In this document: positions 12,906 to 24,263 of the stretch, piece after piece | How positions within the stretch are numbered: position 1 is the first letter of the stretch | Layout: every line of letters starts with the position of its first letter | NCBI RefSeq assembly: GCF_964355755.1 | Contig: NC_092674.1 | Coordinates: forward strand, 28,086,001 to 28,150,000 | DNA: 64,000 nt | Origin: Antedon mediterranea | Lineage: Eukaryota; Animalia; Echinodermata | Reading direction: 5' to 3' | Notes under the pieces: model-generated | What the model was told of the DNA's origin: nothing | Seen by the model: the letters and a program-made list of their open reading frames with translations, nothing else | Databases searched by the model: none | Program-made: the position numbers and the translations under genes

Positions 12906-13182
12906 AGCGTAGTTCCCACACTAGCGACGCAACGCAAGGACGTAACGCAACGCAAGTGAATTGACCAATCACAAGCGATGGCTTATTCGCTTGTGATTGC
13001 TAAAGCTTTGTTCCCACTAGAACGTAACGCAAGGACGTAAACGCAACGCAAGCGAATTGACCAATCACAAGCGATGGCTTATTCGCTTGTGATTGCTAAC
13101 CGTCTATAACTTCGCTTGTCATTGGTTAAAACGCTTGCGTTGCGTTTACGTCCTTGCGTTACGTTCTAGTGGGAACCAAGCT
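12906..13182. mobile_element. Truncated A2 MITE with a second A2 copy (13004-13182) joined at the internal TAA
   Basis: The outer copy breaks at GATTGC-TAA and is immediately followed by a new TIR, AGCTTTGTTCCCACTAG. Confidence 0.8.
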
Positions 13183-15097
13183 TTACCAAGACTGAAATTT
13201 TACATTATATGAACTAAAAATAGCTTACACTGCTTACTAAAATTGTTGAGGTTTCAATCGTATGTTATAGATTTGTTTTTCATTTTAATTTTCAGTAATT
13301 TGGTTTATAATGGATCGTCAAATTCTTTCTTTACAAAGATTGAAATCTTAATCTTTTAGATTGAATGTTCATTCTTTTGATGACTGGCGGACAAAGTGAT
13401 AATCAATCGAATCAACTGAACCAAACCAAACCACTTGGGGTAAGCACTTATTGTTATTGCCAATTGTATATTATTATTATTTTCTACTAACATTAAAAAA
13501 ATTAAATAAACTGTGTGTAGGCTTATTTGATAAAATAAATGTTGATAATATTTTTGCTACCCTGGTTATAAAATTAGTTTAAAGAAAATTGTCATACCAT
13601 GGAGAAATAACCTAACTTATTTCTCCATGGGCATACAAAGCTTTGTATTGGTTTGCACTTAAGCACACTGACCCCAGTATTATGATAGATTGAATAACCA
13701 CTCTACAATGTTGGATCTACAATCATTGCATTTACACGCGCGCGTATGTTTAAGTACCCACTTATGCTCCTGGCAGAAGAGATTATGTGGATAAAATGCT
13801 TCACTGAAGCGTATATTAAACTGAGAGTTAAAACGTCATGATCTTTCGTGATTGGCAATTTTAACAAGCCGCACTACAACTACACGAGTCCTTGGTATAA
13901 ACAGTTGCAAAGCATTTATATCAGATAAAGTTGTGTAATTGCGAACCATGTCAAAATTGTTCTACTCCAGTTACTGCAGTAGAGGCCCACATTTTGCTTT
14001 ACTCAAACATGTGATTATTAGAAACTGGGTATTCATTAAACTGCAGTAAACAAAAATACAGTTTACGGCAGTAACTGCAGTAGTATGATCTCTAACCAGA
14101 TTCAAAGAAATACTGAAAAAACAGGAAATACTTAATCTCGTATTAGGCATTGTTAAGATTATTGTAAATATTTTTTTAATGTTGTTCCGGGTTCAATGAA
14201 TAATTAAAATTGCAAACATTGAATTGACTCAAATATTATATTTAAATCTCATTAACACATCTTGGTCAAAACAAAAGTGGTCGCCGTAATAATATAATTA
14301 GAAAGTCAATTTTTTGAAAGAAGACAAGCATTTTTGTTTTTAGCATCTTGCCCATAGAGAACAAAACTATCAGATTGATAAAAATTATTTATGCTTACAT
14401 TTGATATTGTTCAAGTAAAAATATGAAATAAATTTAAAGTAATGTTTGTTAGAATTTTGTGAAACGGTAAAACAAAAATGATAATCCGTGCAGAGCATAT
14501 AAACAGCATATATGCAATCAAATACTCTAATTTGTATAAGTAAATGTACGTGAACCATGCGATTTACGTGCGCAGAATTATCAAATCCTAATTATAACTT
14601 TGTAAAAATTGCTTAAGGGTTGAGTTTATCTTCTCAATGCTTTGATTAAGTTGATAGTTTAGCTTGATTTAGCTACAGAGTGCAGATTGTGGAGGTTTTT
14701 ATGAAGAAATTAATTGTTTCTAATCTATTAATGTTGATTTCTAAAACAGTGCACCTAATCAATACAGAATTGCTAACAAAATAATCACATTTTGACATTA
14801 TGAAATAAATGACATTAATCCTAAACAAAAACGTGATAAACATCCAATATCTTCCTGGAATGACGTCAGAGAATTGGAAAATGTATATACAGTATTACAT
14901 TCTCTATATTGGTGGACATGTAACACACCTATTTATTATATACAGTAGTTTTCGTATATCACTGACAACTATTCCTTCGATCCTGTTGGTGGTAATTGGT
15001 TGGCTGGTACTACTCCGGAAAAAGATCTTTGTAAAACGGAAGATATTGTTTTGCCTGGATTAGGATGTCCGTATTGGACACCAATCGACAATCCCAT

Positions 15098-15300
15098 ATT
15101 GTGTACACTCCCTACGATTTTTGCGTATGGTTTTTAGTTGTTTTTTAATTGTACACTCCCTTCGCTGTGTGCGTATTTATAATTTCTAGTTGTTTTAATT
15201 GTACATTCCATTCGCTGTTTGCGTATAATATAATTTCTAGTTGTTTTAATTGTACACTCCATTCGCTGTTCGCGCATAATATAATTTCTAGTTGTTTTTA
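15098..15300. repeat. ~50-bp tandem repeat (4 copies) just downstream of the KCTD stop codon (probable 3' UTR)
   Basis: Unit ~TTGTACACTCCATTCGCTGTTTGCGTATAATATAATTTCTAGTTGTTTTAA. Confidence 0.8.
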
Positions 15301-15307
15301 ATAATGT

Positions 15308-16042
15308 TCAAGGTCTGCAGAAAACGAACTCATTGTAATGGTTCCACTTACTCTCCTCGCTTTCGGCAGGTCCATTCGATGTTCCCGAAGCAGCAGTACC
15401 TGCACTTGACACAAGTCTGAAACCTTTACTTAAAAGCATATCAAAAGCTTGCTCCAGAAACACGTGTTTGAGATAAAAACGACTAGTATATCTAGAGCTT
15501 AATCCGCGATCTGGATCCCGGCTTTCATTCAAAGACTCGCCAAACACGTCCCTCGCAATAGAAACCCGTCCACATACTAGAATCCGTAGAATTTTACGAA
15601 ATTTAACATCCACCAAGCCGTCCCTACCAAAAGCAAAGGTGCCTCGATAACCAAGCGTTAAACAACCCGGTTGAGAGTTTTCCTTGGGCGTAGGCAAAAC
15701 CTCCGATGGACTTATTCGGTCCGGTTTTTCTGACAATAAAGCAACAAGTTCCGGCAGACGGTAAAATTCTGCTTCAGCTATTAACCTGCTAATGTTTTCA
15801 AAACGACTTGGTAGAACTACGGTACTGTTACGCAAATAATCTAATATATATTTAAACAAATCTCCATCACGGTCGATGAAATATTTACCGTTAGCGTCCT
15901 TCGCAAGAATCGTTGGATCTCCGAACATTTCAGCAATGACGGAATCGCTATGCTTCGTCAGAGTCGTAAGCGATGTCGCATATTGACGACCGCCGACATT
16001 AAGTTCAACGACAGTTGGGGCGATCGACGGCATTGAGGACAT
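15308..16042 (-). CDS. BTB/POZ (T1) domain protein, KCTD8/12/16 family, 244 aa, intronless CDS
   Basis: T1 domain VVELNVGG...YFIDRDGDLFKYILDYLR...EAEFYRL; H1 domain GYRG...KFRK...RILVCG...SRDPDR...YTSRFYLK..FLEQAFD. First ATG at 16042 in AAAAATG context; the ORF-track start at 16087 is a GTG. Confidence 0.93.
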   Translation of the reverse strand: MSSMPSIAPTVVELNVGGRQYATSLTTLTKHSDSVIAEMFGDPTILAKDANGKYFIDRDGDLFKYILDYLRNSTVVLPSRFENISRLIAEAEFYRLPELVALLSEKPDRISPSEVLPTPKENSQPGCLTLGYRGTFAFGRDGLVDVKFRKILRILVCGRVSIARDVFGESLNESRDPDRGLSSRYTSRFYLKHVFLEQAFDMLLSKGFRLVSSAGTAASGTSNGPAESEESKWNHYNEFVFCRP

Positions 16043-16884
16043 TTTTGCTGGTGGTTGAGTGCTGGTCCGTCGACGACTGATTACCACAATAACTAACAGT
16101 GGATTTATACCGGCAGTGCAACAACTTATTATCAGGAAATATCCAAAATTGGTGGCGCCCTTGAATATAACATAGAGTTAGTTTTTACCGTATAGTACCA
16201 TGAATATACATTTCTCGTTTCAGTTTACAATTTCAACGAGACGAAAATAGTCTTGGATTAAACTAATCCCAGTTTGATTCTATCGATCAGTCTTTTAATA
16301 ATCGCTTTATGCTATTACACAGAAGCAGATGACACGGAGGGCAAATGTTGAGTATTACATCAAACGTTAGTGCGCAATTGAAGTGTTAATATTGGTGTGA
16401 AATTGTATTACTTTTGGTTAATTTGACCGGTTAATATTAAAACTCGCTCAAATCATATCCCTATGGAACGCGTTTATGTGATGCTTCGTCCCAGTGGAAC
16501 GCGTTTATGTGATGCTTTGTCACGTTTGCGTTTGTTGTTATGAATGCATATTGCCAATTCATAGTATCAGGTTAACCAATTTATTGATAGAGGTCTAATT
16601 CAATCTCGGAAAATATCAAGGCAGGACAGAAAACTCATATTTCCCTCGTATACTGTGTCAACTATAATATAATGATAGAGGGTGGGGAGGATTTTCTGTT
16701 GCATTTAGTTAATTGTTTTTATCTATACAGTTGTGTTATTTTGTTTAAAGGACAAACTTTTGTAATTGTGTCCAAATAATTAATTGTCACCTTTTTTGTT
16801 TTGACAATTTGGAATGGATGGAATTAACATTATCCCGTGTGCCTCAGTCCTTGTGGAGTTTTTGATCCCGTCTGACGTGTATCC

Positions 16885-16995
16885 ACTGCCGTGTGGTTCC
16901 ACTGCCGTGTGGTTGGTTCACTGCCGTGTGGTTCCATTCCCGTGTGGTCCCACTCCCGTGTGGTTCCACTTCCGTGTGGTTCCATTCCTGTGTGT
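16885..16995. repeat. Short degenerate tandem repeat (CCGTGTGGTTCCA-like)
   Basis: About 6 imperfect copies of CCGTGTGGTTCCAYT. Confidence 0.7.
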
Positions 16996-17304
16996 TGTTG
17001 CACCACTGTTGAGTGCCTCCACTTAGGAGTCTCATCTCTTCCGTGTGTGAATTAAACTTCATTAAGTCAACAAACGCATTTGAATGTTAAATATAGAAAA
17101 TCGATTAGTAAATGAAAGACAGTGAAATGTAATCAAAGTAAGAATAATCTTCCATCTTAATTAAAGCAACTGTCTGATGTACTTAAATTGCAAAAGATGA
17201 CACATCAGGTGTATCAATATTTAGGTGAGGTTAAAGTATAACCAGAGCAAACCAATACATAGACTACCTAGGCCTCTTGGCTACAGGTATCTTAACAGCA
17301 ATTA

Positions 17305-17560
17305 TGACGCGTGGATCATCCGAACTGTCGCTTGTGATTGGTCAAGCCTGGTTTCTACTGGGACGTAACGCAGGGACGTAGACACAACGCAAGCGAGTTG
17401 ACCAATCACACGCGACTGTTCGAATAATCCATCGCTTGAGATTGGTCAAATCACTTGTGTTGCGTTACGTCCTTGCGTTGCGACCTAGTGGGAACCAAAC
17501 TTTACCAACTCACTTGCGTTGCTTACGTCCTTGCGTTGCGTCCAAAGTGGGAACGAAGCT
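17305..17560. mobile_element. Degenerate nested family-A-related MITEs
   Basis: AGCCTGGTTTCTACTGG (17345)...CTAGTGGGAACCAAACT lies inside an older copy that ends AGTGGGAACGAAGCT. Confidence 0.65.
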
Positions 17561-18254
17561 TTATAAATAAATGTGTGATTTTGTCATAATCTATACACAG
17601 TTTTTGCCATGTATTTCTCCTTCTCCCCCCACCCCCCTCGTCTTTCATGGCCCATCAGTGACAAGAAGCGTCTTGACACCATCAAATTGAAGCTGAGCAT
17701 TCTCATCTCTAACACTAATTCCGACTGCAAATACCTGTTCATATTATTATTTTGATACTATCTTTGATTATGATAATTTTAAGCATCTTTCTAATAATTA
17801 CAGACTCTTTAAAACAAGTCGTTGAATGTCGCCGTTAATAAACATTTCAATGTATTCCTTCGTTTTGCCAGTAGCATCTTTTTTCAAATATGCAATTCGA
17901 TTCACTAACCAGTTTCAGGTTACTTATTCTCTGTTGTTATTGGTTTTCGGAATCTTTGTTTTTATGATCTATGCCTATTTTATTTGCTTATTTTTCCCCA
18001 TAATGTTTTCACAATTCTCATGTTACAATGCTTGATGTAAATGTACACGTTTTTATATATGGAACAAATAACAATTTTATTTGCTATAACTAATAATGTT
18101 GACTCAATTAAAAAATACTAATCACGAAATAACTCATCATATTCTGGAAAGCCAATAGAAGCAATTAAGCGTATAAGAGTTTTATCAGAATTTAGTTTAA
18201 ACGCCAACGGGTGCTGAATGCTGAGTCCGCACATAAACCAATTGCGAACATTAA

Positions 18255-18411
18255 ACCTTGTCTACACTATCAAACTTTATGTGACAAAAACATTTGTACC
18301 CATATATGGACATGATGATGTCATATCACTACCATATTTGGAAATATCACTGCCATATTTAGGTACATCACACTTTTTTTGTCAAACTAGTTTGATAGTG
18401 TAGACAGAGCT
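18255..18411. mobile_element. PIF/Harbinger-type MITE, family B
   Basis: TIR ~AGCTCTGTCTACACTATCAAACT / AGTTTGATAGTGTAGACAGAGCT, TAA/TTA flanks, internal 22-bp subrepeat ATATCACTACCATATTTGGGC. About 14 copies in the window, including partials at ~495-611, 3954-4057 and 23613-23713. Confidence 0.85.
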
Positions 18412-19449
18412 TTATGCCGTGAAAATAATGGTTACTTATAAATTAATATTTATTTTTAAAAATCTATTTCTTGGATAGATTAAACACATTCAGTATTGAA
18501 TCAGCTGATCGTTGAAATGGTTACCTATTTTCTTGTTCCGTTTAATAAATTACCTACCCATCATGGACTAACTCGAGGGAATAACTCGAGGGACTATACT
18601 CAATATTGATGCCACATTCCACATTGTTAATGCGTTGACAGTTAATCGCGTTCAATTGATTTCTTTGAATGTGCTCTCTGCGTGCGGTATTTATGTAATA
18701 TTATTAACTGTCTAAACACAAAACCATCTAAAAGGCGTAGAAATGGAAATGGGCATTCTAGTTAAAATTCTTCCGGACATAGGTAGGGCATAGGCAGGGC
18801 ATTAATGTCATGTCGCATGTGCAAAAACAGAATGTTCTTGCCGTAAATGTTCGCAATTATATGTATAAGGTATAGAAGGCATTTTGATTCCGGGTTGTGC
18901 AATTTATATTTATCCGAATGATCAGCCGGAATGTAATTATGTGCATTCGATTATTACGCGCTATATGCAAGTCGGGTGATGGATTAGTTAATGTACTGTA
19001 TGCATCCATTCTTTAAATAAAATTATATATTTTTTTTCAATGCATCTTAAATAATCCTTAGACCGAATCTTGTCATACTGCGGGTAATTCTGGATTTTAA
19101 TTTACACTTTAATATGTAATAAAGTATAAATAAATTGCATATCTATCTGTACTTTCTCAAGCCACCAAAAGTATAGATTACATACGTATAGGCTATTTGT
19201 AAGACATCCCTCCCCCTTCTCCACACGGTGCACCGACTTTCACGTACTTCATCGGTACCCCTTCTTTCATTTGAGCATACAGCATCTGATATACGCCATC
19301 TATAATAGGCCTAATACTTTAATAACTGATTTCTATTCAGTCCTTTCATTCACTGATCTGATTAAAAAACTCTGAAACTATTAACGTTGGTAAAGATCAT
19401 AAATTAGCCTAAATCCAAGATCCTTCATTGAATAGTTGATAATGTATAG

Positions 19450-19575
19450 AGGGCGGAATAGAATTTTTATCTACGCCGGCATGCGCAGTCGAAACGATCG
19501 AGAGAGTGAGCCGACATGCGCAGTGGTTATATGACGTGCGCATCGCGTTGCCATGCAAATTATTGTGCGCGCATT
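19450..19575 (+). promoter_or_regulatory. Probable proximal promoter of the unrecognised gene
   Basis: GC box GGGCGG (19451), repeated CATGCGCA (NRF1-like), TGACGT (CRE-like) and GTTGCCATG (half X-box-like), 110-240 bp upstream of the ATG. Confidence 0.45.
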
Positions 19576-19686
19576 AAGGTTCCTACGATACAGAACATAA
19601 TATCTATTCAGAAAACTATCGACAACTTTCAGAAGTTGTTGTGATATATTTTGTCTATTGTATTAATTAATTCGTTTATTATTATA

Positions 19687-21498
19687 ATGGGTAATAAGTG
19701 CAGCGTACTTTGTGGAAGTTATACTGTTGAATCCGCCGTGGTGGACAATCGCGAGAAATTAGAAGAAGAAGATGAAGGAACTGATGTTGATAATCCTATG
19801 CAATCGGTGCCAACCGAAAGCGCTGAAGCTGAAGACGACACCAGCAATGTCAATGGTTCCTCAGCAACTGCGTTGGCAGACGTCCCACCAGTAGATGATC
19901 TGTCGGATAGGCACGATACGGATAGCAAAGAAAAGAAAAAGAAGACTTCAATTTTCACAAGAGTCCGTCGGTCAATCAGGTCACGGAGAAGAACCATGGC
20001 CGAGGTTAGAGATGTATATGAAGTGAAAGACTGCAATGATGGTGGAGAGACACCTGCTGTCAAACAAGACGTAGACGTACCACTACCGGTTGAAGCCGAG
20101 GCGGCAGATTCAAATGAAAGGTTATATTAAATGTGTTTAGTTTCTAAGTAGGCCTAGGCTATGCCCAGATGTATAAGACGAATGGGATTTATTGACACGG
20201 GCTGTATAGTCACGCATTAATACTTGGCAATTATGATTAGTGTAGAATTGTAGGAATAGGGTTAGGCTAGTAGCGTGTGCTAGGGTCCAGGCCTACGAGC
20301 AGTATAATTCTTGAGGAGACGATCGAATCTAGCCTACCATAACATCTTTGATTTGATTAAAATACAGTACGCCCTTTATAACATTAAACTAAAGTTCATA
20401 CTGACATCAAGTTGAAATTTGTCGATTGTAAATTGCTCTTTTTAATAATTAATTATTAATTATTTTCTAAATTTAGTATAAAAGAGGATAACGAAGAGGT
20501 GAAAGAAGAGATGAAATGCGAAGATCTGGAAGAGCAAAATGTTCTGTAAGGCCTAAACTATTTTCATTAAAATTTAAAAAAATTGATAATTATGATTAAA
20601 TTATTAGGCCTAATATTTTATTTATTAAAGACCTCAATTTTAAATTCTTGTTTTTTTAATATATTAGTGAGCTGCCTGTCCCTGAACTCCCGAATAATGA
20701 ACTTGCTGTCGTAGAAGAATCGTCGGAGGAGGGCGACAAACATAGTGTGAACTCAGATTTAGACGTTGAAGAATACAAAATGGTTCAAGAAGGCAATAGG
20801 AAATTGGGTACAGTTTATAAACAACATTTTCTGTGTTTAGACTGTTTATATTTTTTAAACTATTTATCTTATAAACATTTTTTTCTCGTTCACAGATGAA
20901 CTTTCTGACAGATATATCTTACCGACCGATGTTCCTACTCGTGTAATCAGAAGGTATTGTAATAATCATCGTCTTTATTAAATCATCATCATCATGATTT
21001 GTTATCATCTCTTATCATTGATAATAATTATATTGTTTATAATTTTATTCAGCAATGTCGAAGACTTGTCTGTGGACAGCAGACTTACTACACGTCGTCG
21101 TCGACCGCCATCGCGGTTCGGCATTAAGGACGAACTACTTTTATCCTACAGAGACGTGAACAGGGAGATGCCATCTGCGTTTTCTACAATGGCACAGGCA
21201 GATAATGACAGTGAACTGATGGAAGAAATTGGAATGCTTAATCGGTACCGCCAAGTAAGTAATTAGAAAATAATAAGTAAGAAACAAACAAATACTTCAT
21301 TATAAAGTTGACGATAATATAATGTATAATGTTTCTATTTTATAGCTAAAGCTAAAAGACAATATGAACGAGATGGCAAAAAGACGAGAACGTAACAGAC
21401 GATTGAAATTACGAATGAAGCAACAACACAACCAAACATTAATGGAACCAAAGGGTGTGTTGGAAGATGTTTTAGAGTCGGTGGACGAGGAGGAGTAG
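19687..21498 (+). CDS. Uncharacterised 351-aa acidic protein with predicted N-myristoylation; 6 coding exons
   Basis: Exons 19687-20120, 20477-20545, 20668-20807, 20896-20953, 21053-21254, 21346-21498. All GT-AG, with phases 2,2,1,2,0 joining into one 1056-nt open frame (MGNKCSVLCG...VLEDVLESVDEEE*). Confidence 0.8.
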
Positions 21499-21802
21499 TG
21501 GGAGGGGGTCCGGTAGTGGAGTGGTGGAGGCTTAAGTTTTGAAAGAGACAGACCAGATGGAACTATCAGCAAGAATAGGTGACCAGGACGCTGAGCATAG
21601 ATTGGGATACTGGGGCAGTCAAATAAACTAGTGAAGATGTTTTAGAGTCGGTGGACGAGGAGGAGTAGTGGGAGGTGGTCGGGTAGTGGAGTGGTGGAGG
21701 CTTAAGTTTTGAAAGAGACAGACCAGATGGAACTAACAGCAAGGATAGGTGACCAGGACGCCGAACATATATTGGGATACTGGGGCAGTCACATAAACTA
21801 GT
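21463..21802 (+). repeat. ~170-bp tandem duplication spanning the stop codon and 3' UTR
   Basis: GAAGATGTTTTAGAGTCGGTGGACGAGGAGGAGTAG... starts at both 21463 and 21633, with few differences. Confidence 0.92.
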
Positions 21803-24097
21803 AAAGAAAGTCAAATGACGACGAGTATTATTCACCAGCGTCTTCTACTTTAGGTAAGTGCTCACGTTAGTCAGCCCAGTCACGTGGCCGACTTTGATGT
21901 GTAATGTGAACACCCCTAGTTATACCGTTTATAATAGGCATCTCTTTGAATACTACAGGAGTAAACGGATTTCTCTTTTCTTTTTTCATTTTTAGGTTTG
22001 TGTTTGTTGTAATGGATCATGAAATGGATGATATAACATTAATGGTTTTAATACCGCATGGCACATGTCGTAGGCCTACCTAACTTGTACAATAGACTGC
22101 ATGATACGAAACAGAATTGAATTACATTGTGTATTGGTCTTTGTATTCATAAGATGATGATGTCATAATGCATTGCGGTAAATGATCGGATACGAATTTC
22201 ATTGCTGAGAATATACGAATAATATATATATATATAAATATGATGAAAATAAAGTGAGCCGTTTTTTAAACAAATGATTTATCTGGCATTGTCTTTGTTT
22301 GTTGAAGTTATAGAATTTTAAAAATAATATACTATTTTTATTTCCTGTATTTTTAAATGTGTGTGAAATAGTTCATAGATAACAAATCAATTACGTGAAC
22401 ATTCACAAAATGATTACGTCACAAAGTTGATGACGTAGTGCCACATGCCGGTTCACTGTTTAAAGTTAAGTTGTTCTCACGGATTTATTGAAATGGAGTC
22501 TCAGTAACTTAGTAACCTAATATAGCGACCTTTCGTTGTTAAGCGAATACGCAGCTATTAAGTCTAACGGTCATTCTGTGCATGCTCATGTTTCTGAACG
22601 TAAATGACTTTTAGACTCGACAACTCCGTAGTCAAAGTTCATCGCGTGCGCGTCGTGAAAACGAAAGATTATCGCTATTAGCACATATTCTCTCAAAACT
22701 TAACACTAACATTAGCGCAAGATTAATCATTGATTTACAATGTACATCTATATTTCAACTAAATGTGACGACCCACACAGGTCGTTGCTTATACTAAACT
22801 GGCCTCAGTTCAAACTAACAGCCATCGCCATTATTTGGAAATCACATTTGCACGTAGGCAAACAAACGGCTGCCGTTCATTCAATTACAAATTATGTATA
22901 TAGCCTAAATTATAATATATAGCCTAAATTATATACTGTATAGCCTAAATTATATATAGCCTAAATTCAACCCTGAAGTTAACTCGTTTAAATATATTTA
23001 TACTTATTGTTCTCATTGCTTCTCCTAATTGAATACATCTTCTAAATATTATTTTGATAATGACCATCACTGTTTATGCCTCAACCGAAAATATTTAAGT
23101 TGGCGAATGTAGTTATACGTTTTAAAAACAAGTGTTAGGATTTATTATGATGACGTCACAGTTGAAGTTTTCGTTTTCGACTAATTGCTATTTATTGTGT
23201 CTCTAGCCGCACTGACGGTTTCGATTGGACTGAGGATGTTATGGATTGCCAACAACGTTATGGATTCAATATTAATATAAATCACATTCATATATAATCG
23301 TATTAGGCCTACTCTGTTTATTATAGGCTAGATACATACCAATACCGGATTCGAAAAAAAACGTTTAGAATTTGTTTATATAATTAGCAATATGCCCTAA
23401 TAAATGTATACTTTGAAATTTGTTTTTCAAATATAAATACGCCCTAAATACAATTTTAGATTTGTTTTTCTTTATAGAAATACACTATAAATGTTACTGT
23501 GGATTGTTTTAATCGAATTCCAATTTAACAAAAAAATAATCAAACCAGGTGAAAATCAACCAACTGATATCACTCCTAACGAATTCTTTATGACATGCAT
23601 GTACGCGTAATGATGTGTGATGTGCCCAAATATGGTAGTGATATACCCAAATATGGTAGTTAAAATGCTTACACATGTTGTTGTCACATAAAGTTTGATA
23701 GTGTAGACAGAGCATTGCTTCAGCCAAAAAAGTACAAGTTTAAAATACTATTACCAAAAATGACAATTTCAAACAAAGTGTGTTTTTTTGTGTTTAAAAT
23801 TAAATTAAATCTTGATTTAAAGAACTTTTTATAAGTACGTTTACTTACTTACACGCTTATTTAACTTTAACTATTTTAAATGATTTATAGTCCAACATGT
23901 AAATCCTTGATAGAAACAGATCATCAATTTTACTTTAAAATGATAGTTATCATCGCGTTTAAATTCGTTTTGACATTAGACTATCCCGTTGGGAAATTTG
24001 AACGTTTATATACAAAAAGATTTACTTATATAGTTAATCATTATTTGTGGTATCCCGTTCGGTCAATAGCCTGTAAAATGTAGCAAAATCCCGGTGG

Positions 24098-24263
24098 TAC
24101 TGTATCTAAATTTGTACGAAATCATATGCAAACTCCGTGATACAGAAGCACATGTGACACACATGTGAACCTCCCGTGATACAGACACAACACGTGAACA
24201 CATGAGAAGCTGTATTACGGAATTAGTGTCTATGATACTGAATTATCACATTATGGAGATACT
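24098..24263. mobile_element. Degenerate palindromic MITE-like repeat (family also at ~5120-5210, 25420-25610, 43605-43792)
   Basis: Termini TACTGTATCT...GGAGATAC with shared internal motifs CCGTAATACAG / CTGTATTACGGAATT and CACATGTG. Confidence 0.5.

Noticed and set aside
16814-17062. ORFs with repeated HGSGTT / VVPF motifs
   Set aside because: Products of a short degenerate tandem repeat; no splice or homology support seen.
19719-20063. 114-aa antisense ORF (also 21300-21835, 55833-56270, 56388-56618, 61145-63488 overlaps)
   Set aside because: Shadow or alternative-frame ORFs of real exons.
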